Program-made: the position numbers and the translations under genes
The notes under the pieces: generated by a model
Databases searched by the model: none
Told to the model about the DNA's origin: nothing
What the model saw: only the letters and a program-made list of their open reading frames with translations
Part shown: piece after piece, positions 1 to 13,254 of the stretch
Layout: every line of letters starts with the position of its first letter
Position numbering within the stretch: the stretch's first letter is position 1
DNA from: Nitrospirales bacterium
GTDB lineage: Bacteria; Nitrospirota; Nitrospiria; Nitrospirales; UBA8639
Direction: 5' to 3'
DNA: 64,000 nucleotides
Assembly: GCA_965203295.1 (NCBI GenBank)
Contig: CBDBCZ010000014.1
Location: 544,001-608,000, forward strand

Positions 1-488
1 TTTCCTCACTTCGCATCATGCGTTTGCAACACGTTCGAGTGGGCGGATTCTACATGAATAAATGTACCCCTTGCAGGAAGTTGACGCTGAAGAAAAGGGT
101 GGGTGCTTAATACATGGTGGGCGCTTGATACGTACTCTACAGTACTTGTATACTACGCTAAAACTTACTCATGAAGATTCATCACTGGTGGTATTTTTGC
201 TAAGGTTTTTCGAAGAACATCCTATAATTATTCCTAGGCTCTCATCCAGCAGTGTTTCACTGCTTACAGTGTGAAAAGCTTTAGATAAGAGCTTAGTCAT
301 AAGCCCAGTCATAAGGCTAGGAATATCCTCCAAAAAGGCCCTCTAAATGAGTGGTGGTGTGTGTCTCGCTAGTCAACATATGTACATACATACACACCTG
401 AGACCTTAAGGCAAAATAGCCGTACGTACATTAGCCTAATCAAGACTATATGATTGGGTAATGGGTATATCTTATGTGGTATACTAAC

Positions 489-3400
489 CAAGCTCTGGTC
501 CTCCATGGCAATTGCAGCTCCTGTAGGGGCCCGGTTTCCTTTAAATAAAATGCTCCCCATAGCATCGATCCTGGTCTGCAGCAGCGACACTGCTCCTCCC
601 TCATTGTCACTGAACGCCGTGCTGCCTTTCAGGGTGAGTGGAAAACGAAATCCAAGTAGAGCACTCTGGTTCTCAGCTCTGTTGTCAGTGAATACGCTGA
701 AGGGTAGGTAGCATGAGAAAGACAATTCAAAGGATCTACACTACATATGTGCCTGTACATGTACATTGTATGATACGGAGCACTGAGTGTAATATGCAGT
801 ACTGGAGAGTATCCATTACTTCTATACTCTAGAACTTCTTTTCTAAAATGTCACGCTTCAGTAGCATCAACATGTTCAGGAAATGAACACATAATCGAGA
901 AAGTTATCAAATCCACCGCAAAACTCCCTTGCAGTATGTAGTAGTCAAAAATGTTTTATTTTTGAGTCGATGCAGTGTTTCCTGTAAACAGCCCCCTTAA
1001 AATTGTAAACACATTTGTACAACCATATATCTTTTAGGTCTGTACATTCAACAATGCGAGTTGGGCTGTTACAAATCCAGCGTTGTAGTTGTGAGTATGG
1101 AATAGATCACACATTTCCTTGCACTAGGGCATATACTCCACTCATGAAGTATTCTCTGTACTGTACAGAAATACACATAAATTGCATGTGACTAGGGCCT
1201 TCTCATAGTAGTAGATGGTCTAACCCCCAGGTTCTGAAAGTACTGCTGATTGTGCTACATTTGTACCAACAGTATGCCTACATGTACCATTCTTCAGCTT
1301 CTCACCAATCAGTGAAGTTGGCAGCTGCCACTGCTCTGTCCACCCTAGCATGAGACACCAGCCCCACGGCACTACCACCAGTTGGGGAAGAGTTTGATTC
1401 AAATAAACAACCAGAGAAAGTTGCTGTGTTCCGTATCAGTGTCATCATTTCAGATGTCAGATTATTCAGGTTCTAATGAAGAATGGAAACACGTGCATTC
1501 TCATATACTGACAGTAGTTCACGTAATTGATGTATAATTATAGCTATAGTGAACTAGATGGGCAGAAACTTCCTATAGCCTCTCCAACCTTATAACAAAA
1601 GATAGTACTCTAGAATAGTAGTTTCTGTATTAAACGTAGCTGTACATATATATGCATGAGAAGCTGACATTATCCAAACCAAGATTTAATTCTGCTGATA
1701 TCACTTCCTGTTCACTAATTGCTGGATTGCCTTTATTTTCACCTAAAACGTACTCTACCAGGTACTTTCGTATGTATAATTACAAAATTTAGCTTCTTCA
1801 GTATAGGAGCTATGAACCAGTGAATTATGTTAGCATTTGTATGAGTGGGGGCCAAACTTTCCCCCTTGCTCAATCCAACACTAGTTAGTGCACTCAAAGT
1901 TGAGGTACATCTACCAGTATCTGTATCATCTAAGAATCTCGTACGATGTATCTTAGGTGGTAATCCAACGCAGTCAATTAAGTAATAAGTGAACAGGTGG
2001 AAAATGGTCTATCAAGCAACATAATTATTCTAGTCAACAGTCAATGTATAACAAATTTCGCATAACTTCCATATTCTTAATAAAGCAACACCAATTCTTG
2101 CAGCAACTACCATCAAACACATGAAGAACTAAGGCACCATATAAAAAACTTCTTTTTCTGTGTTAGTTTAAATTAAATGAACTTCGCTATGGAACTCACA
2201 TAATTATCTTACCCCAGCAATGGCAAGCATTACGTACACTGTCTTTGGTAACACTACCAGGTTGTTTTACACCCAGGCAAGAGTAACTTGCAAAACTTCC
2301 AGGTAGCGCTACACATATTCATTCTATGAACACTGATTAGATATGTCCATGCTGCATGGGCTGCATTTCATAACTTGAAGGTGAGGTCTATTGTATTGAT
2401 GTTAATAGCTATAAAACAAGCTGAAGTACATCTCACCAGCACTGAAAATGGAGGCACTCCATAGTGATAATTTTACATACACTTTCTTTCAACATAATCC
2501 ATTAATGTGTAAAACATGTAGTACAGTGAGTAGAGATGCACATGTATATACCACCTGGGAGTAACTTAGGTAATTGTATGGAGCCAAAAGCTATTTCAGG
2601 TCAGATCCTTTCTCACATAACTGAGAACAATCTTTCCAACTGGGACGGATGAGCATAAAAACAAGATGAGGTGATCAAAACCACTCCATCGTGCTGTCTA
2701 ACTTGCAGCATTCACTTCTTGGCTTGCACATGCACTACTTATACTCACTGTCCCCTAAAACTGGAGTATGTACACGTTTAACCTTGCTTGGTTTAGTTCA
2801 TGGCCAGATCATGCAGCTGTCTAAAAGATACCACAAATCCTAATGCACGATGATTTGAGATACGAAGGGAAGAATTAATAGTATACAGTTTAAGATGTAT
2901 ATGGGCTGTATAGGTCTGAACACAATATTCAGCAGAACAAATAACTTACTCTTAAGTTTATGCTACAGGCTCCTCCACCAACCATAGCCGAATTGTTCTC
3001 AAAGGTAGAGTTCTCGACAATCAAGAGATTTTCATTACCAGAATCCAGCACATTCATGCTAATAGCTCCACCATATCTACTGCAACTGTTGTTCATAAAC
3101 TGTGAGTTCCTGATTGTAACAGTGTTGTTGGTGGATTGCTGAAACAGTCTAATGTGCAGTCCCCCACCATTGTGCACCGCAATATTGTCAATAACTCGTA
3201 AATCTTCCATAGTCAGGTTATGGCGTTTGGCTCCATTGAAACTCAACACTATTGCACCTCCATGACCATTTGGGATATACAATTCAGGCCTAGTATCATT
3301 GACATTTTCCTCATTTACATTTGCTGTGTTGTTGATAAAAGTACAATTCTTCACAATTCCAGACCTTGTAACATTCCCCTGGAACACAAGTGACAAGCCA

Positions 3401-6400
3401 CCTGCATAGTTGAGGTCACCAGGATCCAAAGACCCCGTGTTGTTATAGGGCCTGACGTTATTGTTGTCATAAAACTCAGTGTTTACAATCTGGAAGTTAT
3501 TGGTCTGAAATAAAATTAGGCCACCACTCCAGTTATCCCTGTCATAAGAGAAAATATTTTTGTGTTTTATACACATACATGAACACTACATGCACAATAC
3601 CCTTGTTGCAGATAAAACTAATACACGTACATACTACAGCTAGCATAGTACAAACACACAGTATACATGCAGTTTGTTGCCAGTGCTTAGATCATTTCAC
3701 ATACGTTATATTGTAAAATGGACTTGTATATGAACCAGTCATAACAAGCTACATGTACATATGTATGCGCATGCACTGGCTTTGAGTAGATGAAGTTGAT
3801 TTCATGGCTTCACACCTCGAAATACGCCCACAATAACTAGCACTGAGAATGGAGTGTGAAGGTTAATAGATGCAAGTACGTTTATGTTGCAGTTACCACG
3901 AACTTACAACAGAAGCTTATAATTTTGTAGTGTGTCATAGTTCAACTTTGTAGTGTGTCTACAGTAGCCCAGGCCCATAAAGTGCGCTTGGTATCTACAG
4001 TTTGCACATGCGTATAATTTCCCAGCATTCCACAGTGATAGGATATCATCATGGGATGTCCGCGATATGTTGACATCATTACACATATCTGTCCATGTTA
4101 TCAATTGTGCATGTGATAATGGATGCTCATGTGAAAGACTTTTTGATCGCTTGATTTCTTATGCCCTCCAACACCTTGCTTGGACACACAGTGATACCAC
4201 ATCAATACCACATTTGCTTTCGATTCGTATCTTACTTTGTACCCGTGCGTTAATGGTGAAACTGTTAGCGAGGTAACAGACGTGCACACACAAAAACTGA
4301 GTACCGCAACCCTCACTGCGCATGCGCGCCGAGGGTTAACTACAGCCTATGCAATATGATATAACAGCTAGGTCACTGGGTTTTGAATTGCAATATACAT
4401 AATGCATATAGTAGTCTACAATATCACTCAGGGCACATTGTTTATCAACCACTAGACTAAGTATGATTAATAAACACGCGGGGAATGAGAAAACTAAGCT
4501 ATACACAGAGTGTTATTCTATTGATCATTGCAGGGAGTGGCTCAGGGTTGTACATACCATACATCACCTATTCTATTTCAAATAATTTCGGTAACTAGGT
4601 GACGTTGAGAAACATTTGATTGGTATATGGCAATTAACAACAAAAAGTGATTACAGAAGTCTCATATCAAATGGACATAAAAAGTGCTGTTGTGGTAATT
4701 TATATAGCGGTTACTGCAGGAACAAACGACAGGAAGGGATGGGAATGCCACCAAGGTGGCTACAGCATGACTGTCCCACACACCAGAACAGCACGTACTA
4801 CATGGCAAAAACTCTGCTAGCCAGCAGGTGGCCTGTAACAGCTGTTTTGTCTGATGAGCGTGATACGAAGCGACAGTATAGGTATCTAGATATGTCATCT
4901 GAAAAGTGGATGGTTTCGGAAGAGCTAGAAAGGTCTTTGGAGCCGTTGGAAGTTGCTACGGTTTTCTTAAGCACAGAGCAGAATAGCTCTCTTTCTACTG
5001 TCTATCCAGTTATGCATGGGCTGATTAGTGGTCAAGCTGAAAGCCACTGAAGAGGACTTTGATGCCATTCAATCTTTCAAAGTGAAAGTGGCAGCAGCAA
5101 TTAGGAGATGATAGGATTTGGACAGCCTTGATGTTACTCAGGTGTCTGTACTAGCTACAGCCCTTGACCCAAGATTCCGATCACATAAGTGTTTGACTGA
5201 TGACAAGAGATTCGTTGTTAAAGCCAAACTCTTGCAGCTTGCAAACAGTATGAAGCAGGATTGTGACTCCCTCGAGGCATTGGAATCTGGAGGTACAGAC
5301 TCTCACAGTCAAAGTGGTAGTGGCACGGACCCCCCCTGCATAGTCAGCACCAGCTCCTAAGCGCAAGAAAGCTGCTTCTAATGTACTCCTTGGGGAAGAA
5401 GAAACAAGTGGCGCTAGTACAACTAACGAGGAGCAAAATAACCAATATTTTGCAGAGAGGCCAGCCCCTCAAGATCGTTATCCACTGACCTGATGGAAAC
5501 AATGAATTTCGTTTCCGTTATCTGGCAAAAATTGCCAGATCAATCCTATGTGTTCCAGCAACTTCTACTGTCAGTGAGAGACTGTTTTCAACTGCTGGGT
5601 TTACTGTAACAAAGCTCAGAAATGTGGATGCTTCACTGTTTTTGAATAATTGCCGAGCGCAGCGAGGCCAATAATCGCGTGCTATGGGCTCAACTAGCGT
5701 TTATATCTATATATCTATATATCTATATTTCTATAAAGTTTGCTCGCACCTCCCCAAGGCATGTGTTCAAAATGGCGTCTCTGGCAGTATTTTGGGTGCT
5801 GTCTTCGAAGTCGTGGCGGGCACAAAGTCAGAGGTCTGGATAAATTTGTCATGAAGTTTTATCAAGGGAGACTTACTACAGATCCCAGGCTTGTAGAGTT
5901 TGTGTAGCTTTACTGTAAGCTGAGATGTGAGAGCTGGAGCCCGATGACGCGATCATAAGATTCCAACGGTATTTCAGGCCAACATGCATTAGCCATTAAG
6001 CTGAGATATAGTCTCGCGAGCCAGCCCCTTGCACGCATGCATCAACTTTTGATATAGATCTGTACATACAGTTGCACATCATGGTATCATGGTAGATATA
6101 ATATGTATAGCAGATAGATAAACAGCTAGCTAGTAGCTACATAGATCCACATGTCAGCAGTCAACCTTGACCCCAACCTCACATGTGAGCACTCAACCAT
6201 GACACTTGAGCACTCAACCATGACCCCAAAGTCCTAGATATCAATTACATCTCAGTGTGCATGAATGCATACTCCACTCTATGCACAAATATATCTCAAG
6301 CCACCTACCATGCACCTAGACTACATGTACCATGCACCACAATTCACCACTACCCAACCTGCACAAATAACTGCCACCATATGCAAATAAAGCTACGCGA

Positions 6401-8850
6401 GGCATATTTCGCTTGCGTATTCCTAGTAATTTCTATCATTAGTGTGTTGTATTTGTGGTGTCCAGACTGTGTAAACTGTAAGAACTACTCTCTGTGGTCA
6501 GTAGATATAATCCTACCAATGTTCCCGCCCTCAGCTAGTAATACATGTAGAATGTTCAAAGTGGGAAATTCCACATTTGTTCAGGCGCTTACAGGCACTA
6601 CCAAGGACCTTCTGAATACTAAGTCAGATGCTCTTACTGGAGCCCCTTGGCAGAGGAGCAGTAGGCAAGCTTTGTATAGCCACTAAGCCTGCTAGTAGCA
6701 CTTGCCAGTAGGACACAGCCAATTCCAACTGTAATTACTCTCTCATTAGGCCTCTCCCCTATCTCCTAAACACAACAAACGTGCTACACCCGACTTGGCT
6801 TAGATCAGACTGGCGGGGTAATTAAATAACCAAAGACACAGAACTGAAAACTAAGTTGTCACATTGCAAACTCTTCCAAAAATGATAAGTTTCCTGAGAG
6901 AGTAAAGAAATCCTTTTAAAAACAAGTCTGACATTTCATGTTTAAAAAACCAGCCCGGCACCTTTCCCGTACATTACAATAAGTTACACACAACTCAGCT
7001 TAGGCCAAGCTAACTGCAGCTATAGAACTACGAATTATAGTAACTATACTACAGTATAGTCACGTTCCCAGACCTAAAAATCATAGGCATTGTGTCCTTG
7101 AGACAACGCAGTACAGCAAAAGTGCTGACTCAGCAGTTTCGTCGTGCGCTTCTACTTAGTAGCTATACGTCACCAAAACAGGATCTTTACGGGTGCCTAC
7201 CAAGTTTTCGCCATCTAGGCAACTCACAACTACCTTCGTTTGCTGTAGCTTGGCCTGCAAACCTCCAAAAGCTGCTATATACTATAGTTGCATAGTAACG
7301 TATGACGTAACATATTGCGCACATGATAAGTGCGGACGCACAGACAAACAGACAGACAGACAAACGCGGAAAATGTAAAGTAATCTTAGGACCAGCCGTT
7401 CGCGCGCTTGCGCGCGCTCCGGCTGGTAAAAAAAAGGGACATAGCTGGGGATTGAACCCCAGACCCTCTGAATACTCTAGTCAGATGCTCTTACCACTAA
7501 GCTATTAGAACCCCTTGGCAGAGGAGCAGTAGGCAAGCTTTGTATAGCCACTAAGCCTGCTAGTAGCACTTGCCAGTAGGACCCAGCCAATTCCAACTGT
7601 AATTACTCTCTCATTAGGCCTCTCCCTCATCTCCTAAACGTGCTACACCCAAACTTAGCCTAGGCTTCCCAATAATGAAGAAAGATCACCAGCAGTTACT
7701 ACAGGAGGAAACACGGAACCGAGTCCAACAATACATACATTTATCCGATCATAGATGGGTCTGAATTTTAACTTGGGAGGTTATAGGTTTAGAACCAAGC
7801 AATGGAGAAACACAAAATTTTTAACACGAAGTGCAAACGGTCTGCACTATATCAATCGAAGGCCTGCCCACTTCCGGTAATTTACATGCTCAGCGCTAGC
7901 GCGTCCTAATATACCTGGTGCCCGATCATCAGTTACTTACTCTATCACAGCAGTGTGAATCAGCAGGGAGATTCCCCTGGTTAAGATGATTGGAGAAATA
8001 TACTGCTCTGAAAATAGTCATACAAATACAGGGATGGAATTTAAAGGCTCATTACTAAGCAGAGCAGCCTGTGTGGTTGGATATCTACCTTACACAGTCT
8101 GTTGCAATGTTTTTAAACACCTTTAATCAGCTAGCTTCAGAAGCTACAAAGGAGAGTGCAAAAAGGACACCATGTCCTCCATTTTTCATCACGATCTTTC
8201 CTTAGTGCAGTGCTTGGTAGAAGCAGTAAAAATGGCTAGAAGATGCCGGCTTTCCAGACAAATACTCGCTAAAGCTATTGATTATTCTGATAGCTCACTC
8301 ACCTGTACACACAGTCAATGATCAGGAGGTGGTTAACTTCCTTAGTTGCCATCCCAGGAGACAGAGGGCCGCACATGCTAAATGTAAGTTCCTGGAGAAC
8401 TATGTAATCTGAAGAGGTGATATAAAAATTGTTGTAGCTATCCACCAGGCGCTTCTGACAGCGAAAGACGACTGTTCCTTCATATCCAGTTAACTTCTTC
8501 ACTACAATATTCCGGAAATTCTGTAGTAAAATAGTTACATCTCCATAGGTGTACTCCCCTGGCATCACAAGCAGTATGACATTGCTTCCATTTTCAGTAG
8601 CCAAGCTGTCACCTCCAGTCAGAGCATAACGGAGAGTCCCACATGGCACAACACTATCACTGTATGGATATGGCTGACTTGACAAGCACTCAATTGAGTC
8701 AATTGTGTCATTACTATCATTAACAGCAAGATATCTTATGTCATACTGCTCTATGTCTCTGTCTTGAAATATTTGAGGAATTAGCTGTTCATGTTGAGTT
8801 AAAACCAGAGCCAGAGTCGCGAGGATGACGCATAAAACTGAATATTTCAT
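489..8850 (-). CDS. Multi-exon secreted/membrane protein with right-handed beta-helix (polymorphic-membrane-protein-like FxxN...GGA repeats); 5' part only, continues off the left edge
   Basis: Exons 8303-8850 (ATG + signal peptide MKYSVLCVILATLALVLT), 2950-3538 (NGHGGAI, NGGGL, YGGAI, VGGGAC), 1306-1472 (CLFESNSSPTGGSAVGL), 489-696 (NEGGAVSL, TGAAIAM); GT-AG boundaries with consistent phases. Confidence 0.8.
4720..5649 (+). pseudogene. hAT (ZBED1-like) transposase remnant
   Basis: LEPLEVATVFLSTE, LATALDPRF, C-terminal dimerisation motif LCVPATSTVSERLFSTAG...NVDASLFLN; several stops and frameshifts; last codons resume at 6427 after an insertion. Confidence 0.85.
5650..6426 (+). mobile_element. 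Non-autonomous Helitron-like (rolling-circle) element
   Basis: Starts TTGCCGAGCGCAGCGAGG, ends ...TTCCTAG, inserted between A and T with no TSD; removing it restores the hAT frame ...LFLNNNFYH*. Confidence 0.7.
6597..6795 (-). repeat. Truncated copy of the tRNA-bearing repeat
   Basis: Near-identical to 7460-7650 and 38430-38573 (GGCAGAGGAGCAGTAGGCAAGCTT...CCAATTCCAACTGTAA). Confidence 0.8.
7436..7650 (-). repeat. Degenerate tRNA-Thr-like cassette with conserved upstream flank
   Basis: Minus strand keeps GGTTCAATCCCCAG B-box and an A-box-like segment; same flank as the copies at 38410 and 60379. Confidence 0.7.
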
Positions 8851-9742
8851 GATGTTTGCCTACAGATGAGAAAAACAATATTCATTGCTGACTTATCAGT
8901 TGGGTTAGACAACATACACAATGATAGCTTGTGATGACTTTCATTATGACTTACAAATTAAGGTCAGTTGTTGTGGACAGCACTGTTGATCTAGCCTGGT
9001 TCCCAGTTTTGACACACAGTAAAATCCCGGGAAGGAAGCTACTCTTAATCTATATGCATGCTCACTAACGTACCACTGCACACACGATAAGTGCATCCAA
9101 ACTGATCACATGTGCCATATCAACTGACTTAGATTATAGTAGTAGCTTACTAGCCAATCAAATCGCTAGAAATGAGGTCACTAATGTAGGTTAAAGCACG
9201 CGTGTGCACGTGCACGAACGCGTGCCTAGCAACCCCGATGGCCTAGCAATGCGTATAAAATCGTTCAGCCGTTGCCATGCTCACAGTCGCTTCAATATTC
9301 AGCATGGAGAGGAGTACGCTAACACGAGTGGAGGTGGTGGACGGCACAGAAGAGTTCGAATTGATTAAATAGCGTTTGCGTTGTGTTGAAGAGTGAATTT
9401 ACATCGCTGAAGCTATTGCCATGCGCCAGTCAAGGCCAACGCGTTCGGCCCGCAGCGTTGGCAGCGACTCCAGGGACATTCCAAGAGCGATACAAAACCC
9501 AGAGACTCTTCAATCAGCGCCTTCACTCAAGTGGCTCACTCTCTGAAGACGCATCTTGCAAGACATGTACAGCTATCGCCGAACTAGCTCTCAAGACTAC
9601 CTTCGAACACTGTAGCCTTGCGTAGCCAGCCCATGCAAGGCTACGAACACGTAGCAGTATTCCTGTGTACATGCATTGCTTGTTGTAGTGTTGTATTACA
9701 AAGTTTTTTTACAAAATACAGGAGCGAACTATAATCTAAGTC

Positions 9743-9901
9743 AGTTAGTGCACCCAAATACTCGGGCTCAACCTCCATTATTGACCTCGGAAAGTAATTT
9801 TCCCTCGAAAGGTCTCGGGCAAAGCCCTCGACCTTCCTCGGGGAAAATTACTTTCCTCGGTCAATAATGTCGGTTAGAGCCCTCGTCGGGGTGCACTAAC
9901 T
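9743..9901. mobile_element. Palindromic MITE-like hairpin
   Basis: AGTTAGTGCACC...GGTGCACTAACT ends; internal arms CATTATTGACC-GGAAAGTAATTTTCCC / GGGAAAATTACTTTCC-GGTCAATAATG. Confidence 0.7.
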
Positions 9902-10591
9902 ATTACATAGATAGAATCTGTTCGCAGACACAAGTTACAGCAGGCTATTATTTCTGTGTTGCCAATTCATTACATACGCGGTACATTTTGATCGAGGATA
10001 CAGATTTGTGGTTAGGATAATATTAATGTTTCATGTGCACTTTCCTTGATGGATTGTATAGTGATCAAGTGACTTACACCTCCGCCACATACCCTATAGT
10101 TAATGACAAATTGCAGCCTAGATGGCAACGAGTGGTAGGCATCCAACTGGAAGTGCACAGTGAAACTGGCAAGTCACTTTCACTGTTTAAAGCCCATTAT
10201 AGAGCATATCAGGGTATGCTCTATATCTATGCATCTACGTATGTATGACAAAATGGGAATTCCACGTGCGGCATTCCGCATTTACGTAGGCGGAACAGGA
10301 TGGAACGTCCCGCTACTGTTCCGGGTTTTAGTAGCCGCCACCGGGGGTGACATGTGAAGAGGGACATGCATGGGATCATGAGCAACTGATAATCACTGGC
10401 ATAATAGGCACATGCTTGTAGGCCCCAGTGTGCAATTATCCATTACAAAACAGCATTGCCCCCCCCCCCCCCCCCCCATATACTGGATGCCACAAAATGA
10501 GCGCATAAATGGATATGTCCATTGGTTGGCAGGTGATATAGACAAGCTGATTTCCAGCCATACACGTACACCCAGTCAAGCAGCATGCAAA

Positions 10592-10722
10592 TAGCCTCGG
10601 TCCCAGGCTCTCATCCAGCTTTTCGTTGCTTACAATATAAGTACTGCAAGCGACAAAAAGCTGGATGAGAACCTGGTACTGCATGCCACTAAAAGCTGGA
10701 TGAGAGCCTGGGACCGAGGCTA
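10592..10722. mobile_element. TAGCC...GGCTA hairpin MITE
   Basis: TIR TAGCCTCGGTCCCAGGCTCTCATCCAGCTTTT / AAAAGCTGGATGAGAGCCTGGGACCGAGGCTA; degenerate 9-bp TSD GCATGCAAA/GCTTACAAA. Confidence 0.8.
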
Positions 10723-11618
10723 GCTTACAAATGCCAGATGCTAAACATGGCAGACGACACCTTTCTATAGCGCGAGTGCAGTGAGCGAGTTCAACAAGCA
10801 CAAGTTAGCACAAGCGCAACTACGCTTGTTCGCGTATGCTGAACATGCGCTTGGCCAGGATTTTAAGGCTAAACCCACCCAAGAAGCTGGAAAATAATCA
10901 TTATATACTTCTTCAGCTGTTCACTATAGCACTGCCAACCATAGGCGCGATTTAAGAATACGGAAGAATAAAAGTACTTATACACATTATGTGGACCCGT
11001 AACCTTAAGCTTACGTTACCTGGCTGGTTTAGTAGATGATCTCCAAACTCGGCAACACTAGAATATAGTAGCCACTTCGTATAACCTTTCTCAATGAATC
11101 CGTTATCTGCAGAAATGCACACTCGCTACATGGTGGAATGCGAAAACGCACGTGAACTTAATTAATCGTGAATCTAGTTAATGCAAGAATATTCTATGGA
11201 GTTTCAGTATGTTACGTATAGGATAGACTACACCAAAGAGTGGGTTATGCGCCTATGTAACCCACGAGTTTGCGGTTATCCCGAGGCGAAGCCGAGCAAA
11301 CAAGTGGGTTATAGCGCATAACACACGAGTGGGTGTGGTCTATCTGACTTATACCACGTTGCGCATGCGTACAATCTTCGCTGCGTAGCAACGTAGCGAA
11401 CTGATAAAAAGTGTGGGTTATGAAGCTATGTAACCCATACTTTTTAGCCAATCATTTTTATTGTTGATGATGTAATGCGGTATAATTCAGTATAGTACGT
11501 TACTATAGTAACAAGTGTATGGAATAATTTTCATAGAGTGTAGTAAGAATCCCATAGAGCATAGGAAGCTGCCGGATTAAATTCTTGCAGTTAACATAAT
11601 AATACTAAATAACTCAGA

Positions 11619-12470
11619 GCAGCAGGAACACCAGGGAACAGCAGGAACAGCAAGGAATGGCAGGAACACAAGGGAACAACAATAATATCAGGGAACAGCT
11701 ATGTTCTATAACTAGACCTCAACTTCGCCTCGGCCTAGTTAGAACATAGCTGCCCATGTTCTAAGCTATACATAGCAGTTCACTGGTGTTCCTGCTATTC
11801 AAGGCTCTGGTGTTCCTGCTGTTCCCTGGTGTTCCTTGGTGTTCCTACTGTTCCCTGGTGTTCCCTGGTGTTCCTACTGTTCCCTGCTGTTCCCTGGTGT
11901 TCCTACTGTTCCCTGGTGTTCCTGCTGTTCCCTGGTGTTCCTGCTGTTCCCTGCTGTTCCCTGGTGTTCCTGCTGTTCCCTGGTGTTCCTGCTGTTCCCT
12001 GCTGTTCCCTGCTGTTCCCTGGTGTTCCTTGGTGTTCCTACTGTTCCCTGCTGTTCCCTGCTGTTCCTGCTGTTCCTTGGTGTTCCTGCTGTTCCCTGGT
12101 GTTCCTGCTGTTCCCTGCTGTTCCCTGGTGTTCCTGCTGTTCCCTGGTGTTCCTGCTGTTCCCTGCTGTTCCCTGGTGTTCCTGCTGTTCCTTGGTGTTC
12201 CTGCTGTTCCCTGGTGTTCCTACTGTTCCCTGCTGTTCCCTGGTGTTCCTGCTGTTCCCTGGTGTTCCCTGGTGTTCCTGCTGTTTCTTGCTATTCCTTG
12301 CTGTTCCTGCATGGTGTTCCTGCTGTTGCTTGCTGTTCCGGCTGTTCCTTGCTGTTTCTGCTGTTCCTTGCTGTTTCTGCCGTTCCCTGGTGTTCCCTGC
12401 TGTTTCCTGGTGTTCCTGCTGTTCCTGCTGTTCCGTGGTGTTCCTGCTGTTCTTTGCTGTTCCTGCTGTG
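11619..12470. repeat. 9/10-bp minisatellite (CTGTTCCCTG/GTGTTCCTG) with a short inverted array and central hairpin
   Basis: Main array ~11786-12470; reverse-complement array ~11619-11697; hairpin CAGCTATGTTCTA...TAGAACATAGCTG ~11696-11752. Confidence 0.95.
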
Positions 12471-12998
12471 AACCTATTGTCACGCAGTATTACAAGCAAT
12501 CCTGAGGTGGTGCAAGTTGGGGAGTAGCTAGCTAGACTATGTATAACTGTACATAGCAGTGAATGTTGGAAGTTCATACACTCTTCTGTTTTGAAGCTGT
12601 GAACCTGGGTACAAATGAGCACGGTAAGCAAGTGCACGACACCTGGTGTCCACGACATATGATATCAGCGTTAAGTACGTAAAACAACATTGTGTACTTG
12701 TGTGTGATGATTGCCATATGGCACATCATGTGTTCAACCACATACGGAAGTTGGAGAAAAATGCATTTACGGCAATATTCGCTTAATTTGAATAGATAGC
12801 TAGCACGATTAGATCTGTGAAAGTCTGAAGTTTATACACTGTTCTGTTTTGAAGACGTGGAGCCTGGCACAAAATCGGCCACTAACGCTACCAGGTCTGA
12901 TACAGTCATGACAGTAATGAATGATAAACAAAGCTTGCTATGAATTCCAGCACTTTATTGCAAGCAGAATACAGTTGTGCTTACACTATTGTGCTTAC

Positions 12999-13152
12999 CC
13001 CATCCAAGGAGTAAGAAGAACCACCACTTCTTAGACAGCCAGCTGAAAACTACTACTAGCATCAGGTAAAGCATGATGCCCTCACACAACATCCAACAGA
13101 AGGCAACCAGGAAGAAGTAGTGCAGGAGTGCTGCAACAACTGCACAGCCAAT
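12999..13152 (-). pseudogene. Isolated exon of an adhesion/secretin-family GPCR (TM3-TM4)
   Basis: ttcag|[52 protein letters not shown]|gtaag; LHYFFL..F.WM..EG..LY and GWG motifs; no other exons of the receptor recognised. Confidence 0.8.
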
Positions 13153-13254
13153 CTGAAAGTAGATACGTAATTCTTATGAAGCACGATTATGTTTCTGCCA
13201 ACACTAGAATGTTGAAACATAATTTGAGATGAACCAAACTAATTGCTTAGCTCA

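Noticed and set aside
489..8850. Bacterial polymorphic outer membrane protein or contamination
   Set aside because: The gene has spliceosomal introns with consistent phases and eukaryotic TEs in intron 1.
9305..9625. Possible first exon of a divergently transcribed gene
   Set aside because: CpG-rich and starts with ATG, but has early stops and no family I can recognise.
11786..12658. Five long overlapping ORFs (Cys/Pro/Val-rich and Gln/Gly/Thr-rich)
   Set aside because: Artefact of a stop-free 9/10-bp minisatellite read in several frames on both strands.
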